Source: Patescibacteria group bacterium (GTDB taxonomy: Bacteria; Patescibacteriota; Patescibacteriia; Magasanikbacterales; UBA922). Taken from it: a stretch of 64,000 nucleotides of DNA. Below the pieces are notes generated by a model. That model was not told the DNA's origin and ran no database searches. It saw only the letters and a program-made list of their open reading frames with translations. The position numbers were made by a program, and so were the translations under genes. Shown here in pieces: positions 61,853 to 64,000 of this stretch; positions within the stretch are counted from its first letter, which is position 1; every line of letters begins with the position of its first letter. Where the stretch lies: contig JAQUAW010000001.1 in assembly GCA_028687045.1 (NCBI GenBank), positions 2,034 to 66,033 on the forward strand, written 5' to 3'.

Positions 61853-63253
61853 ATGACACCTAAAAAGTTAGAATATTTACTTCTAACATTTTTTTTGATT
61901 CTACGTCTAGCTTCTTTTTGGACTTACCAAAATCTTGTTTGGAATTCTAGTTTAGCAACTATTTTGATAATCAGCTTCACTTATTTGACTCTAAAAAATC
62001 TACCACTAGCCTGGACAATTCTCGTAACAGAACTTTTCTTAGATGGAGCTGGCGGTTTTTTTCAACTAGGTGGACTAATACTCCGTACTTGGTTTCTTGG
62101 TATTTTTGCTCTTGCCTGGCTAGGGTCAAAAATAAAAAATAGAAAACTAAATCTGAGTCTTCCAAAACCAATACTAATCACTCTCCTACTTTCTATTTTT
62201 ACAATCTTACTAGCTATAATCTTGGGATTGAAAAATGGACATGGAACTATACTTGTTTTACAAGATGCAATTCTATATTTCTTTGTTTTCTTATTATTTC
62301 CAACTTTGGAATTTACCAACTTCCCAAAAAAATATTTTATAAGTCTCAGCAAGATATTTATCATATTATCAGGAGTATTTTCTCTTTTAACTTTTTTTAT
62401 TTATTCTAGTGCTTTAGGTTTTTTACAAAACCCTTATTACCACTGGTTTCGTGACATTGCTGGTGGCAAAATTACAGATCTAGGAAATCACTTTTTTCGA
62501 GTAGTATTGTCCAATCAAATTATCATAGTTCCTCTTGTTTTAATCTTTATTTCTTATTTGATTAAACAATCTACAAATAAAAAATGGTGGTTTTTGACAT
62601 CATTATCTTTGTTGATTCTAATCATGAATTTTTCACGTATTTATTTTCTAGCCCTTGCTTTCGGCATGCTGATTTTGGCATACAAAAATAACTTCAAAAA
62701 ATGGTTTCTAACTTCCCTTACGATTACAACTTTATTTATCACAATCTTTATTTCTTTGAACCTTGTTTCTAGCCGTTTCAATTCTATTGGTTTAGAACTT
62801 ATTGGTTTAAAAATATCTTCTATACAAAAACCAAGTGATGATATTAGTGGAGCCATTCGACTCGCAATGTTACCAGATATAAAAGAAAAAATATCTACAC
62901 ATCCCTATTTTGGCTCTGGTCTAGCTACCCAAGTAAGCTATGAAGATCCTGCTACAAAAGAAATAGTTACTCGCACTCAGTTTGATTGGGGTTATTTTGA
63001 AATGTTGGCTGAACTAGGCTTTGTAGGTACCTTCATATTCTTACTTTTTATTATCATGGTACTTTATTATTTAGCAAAATTAGTTTATAAACAAAAAAGC
63101 CCACTTCATTTAGGACTTTTTGCCGGAGCTATTTCACTATTTGTTATCAATATTACAACTCCTGCTCTATTTCAAGGTTTTGGAATACTCTACTTTGTAT
63201 TTATTATGAAAATTATTTCTGAAAATCATCAAGATGATGTTTCTCTACAATAA
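61853..63253 (+). CDS. O-antigen ligase/polymerase-like membrane protein
   Basis: Multi-TM, FSR, HPYFGSGL, EMLAELGFVG. Confidence 0.8.
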   Translation: MTPKKLEYLLLTFFLILRLASFWTYQNLVWNSSLATILIISFTYLTLKNLPLAWTILVTELFLDGAGGFFQLGGLILRTWFLGIFALAWLGSKIKNRKLNLSLPKPILITLLLSIFTILLAIILGLKNGHGTILVLQDAILYFFVFLLFPTLEFTNFPKKYFISLSKIFIILSGVFSLLTFFIYSSALGFLQNPYYHWFRDIAGGKITDLGNHFFRVVLSNQIIIVPLVLIFISYLIKQSTNKKWWFLTSLSLLILIMNFSRIYFLALAFGMLILAYKNNFKKWFLTSLTITTLFITIFISLNLVSSRFNSIGLELIGLKISSIQKPSDDISGAIRLAMLPDIKEKISTHPYFGSGLATQVSYEDPATKEIVTRTQFDWGYFEMLAELGFVGTFIFLLFIIMVLYYLAKLVYKQKSPLHLGLFAGAISLFVINITTPALFQGFGILYFVFIMKIISENHQDDVSLQ

Positions 63254-63941
63254 TTTTTTTAGCTTTTTCATAATTACTAACTTTCTCACTCCACCATGGC
63301 AAATTTTTACATGGTTTTTTGTAAGCAAATTTCGGCAACCAACCACTTATTATTCCTGTAGAAATGATGGTAAACAAATATTCATCAATCCACTCTCCTT
63401 TTTTACCAAGTTCTAACATAGTTAACCACAAATCCCAATCTTGAAAACGTTTTAATTTTTCATCAAACAAAGGAAAATCCTCCCGACGAATAAGTGAACT
63501 AGTATGTATATAATTATTTTTTTGTAATTCTATTGGTGAAAATTTCTTAGCCAACATTTTTTTCTTACCCAAATTGAAACTAGAATAAACAAAACTAAGA
63601 TCTTGCTTTTTATCCAATTTTTTTGCCATTTTTTCCAGCATATCGCTTTCCGCTTCAATATCTGCATCCCAAAATATAACATACTCCCCTTTTGATAAGT
63701 CAAATCCTTTATTTCTGGCAGCTGGAGCACCTTTGTTTTCTTGACGGTAATAAATAATGTTTACGTTTGTATTTTTTTTCACATTCCTCATTCCTCGTTC
63801 CACATTCCCCTCGACACTGCCATCATCCACCACAATAATTTCTTTATTCTCATAATTTTGTTGTGTAGCCGAAAGCAAAGACTTCTCGAAAATCTCGACA
63901 CGATTGTAAACTGGGATAATAATACTAATCAATTTTGGCAT
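63213..63941 (-). CDS. family 2 glycosyltransferase
   Basis: ISIIIPVYN, VVDDGS, ARNKG, FWDAD, QDWDLWL. Confidence 0.93.
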   Translation of the reverse strand: MPKLISIIIPVYNRVEIFEKSLLSATQQNYENKEIIVVDDGSVEGNVERGMRNVKKNTNVNIIYYRQENKGAPAARNKGFDLSKGEYVIFWDADIEAESDMLEKMAKKLDKKQDLSFVYSSFNLGKKKMLAKKFSPIELQKNNYIHTSSLIRREDFPLFDEKLKRFQDWDLWLTMLELGKKGEWIDEYLFTIISTGIISGWLPKFAYKKPCKNLPWWSEKVSNYEKAKKIIVEKHHLDDFQK

Positions 63942-64000
63942 ATATTTTTTTATTTTTGACAATAAAAGGAAATACTAAATAAAGTACAGAAAAAAACAAA

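Overview
AT-rich chromosomal segment of a reduced-genome bacterium. Gene content and style point to Patescibacteria/CPR (inference). It appears to span the replication terminus: gene polarity converges and G/C skew flips at about 4-4.9 kb, around a 28-bp dif-like site. Most genes are housekeeping (gltX, serS, lysS, proS, metG, mreBCD-mrdA, F1Fo ATP synthase, priA-def-fmt) or cell-wall genes. Main items of interest: (1) a small GIY-YIG nuclease gene (61438-61728) bracketed by structured inverted repeats, with nine more copies of that repeat family across the window, one holding an internally deleted remnant of the nuclease gene, which suggests a REP/MITE-like system not built on a RAYT transposase; (2) an Ehr (hydrogenase-4-related) complex next to the ATP synthase whose large subunit lacks the NiFe motifs and whose small subunit has 3 of 4 Fe-S cysteines replaced by Asp; (3) a duplicated promoter plus structured-leader cassette driving two orphan membrane-type ORFs; (4) two stand-alone structured ncRNA candidates, an unannotated Cys-rich 48-aa peptide, and several other intergenic repeat families. 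All alignments and folds were done by eye.
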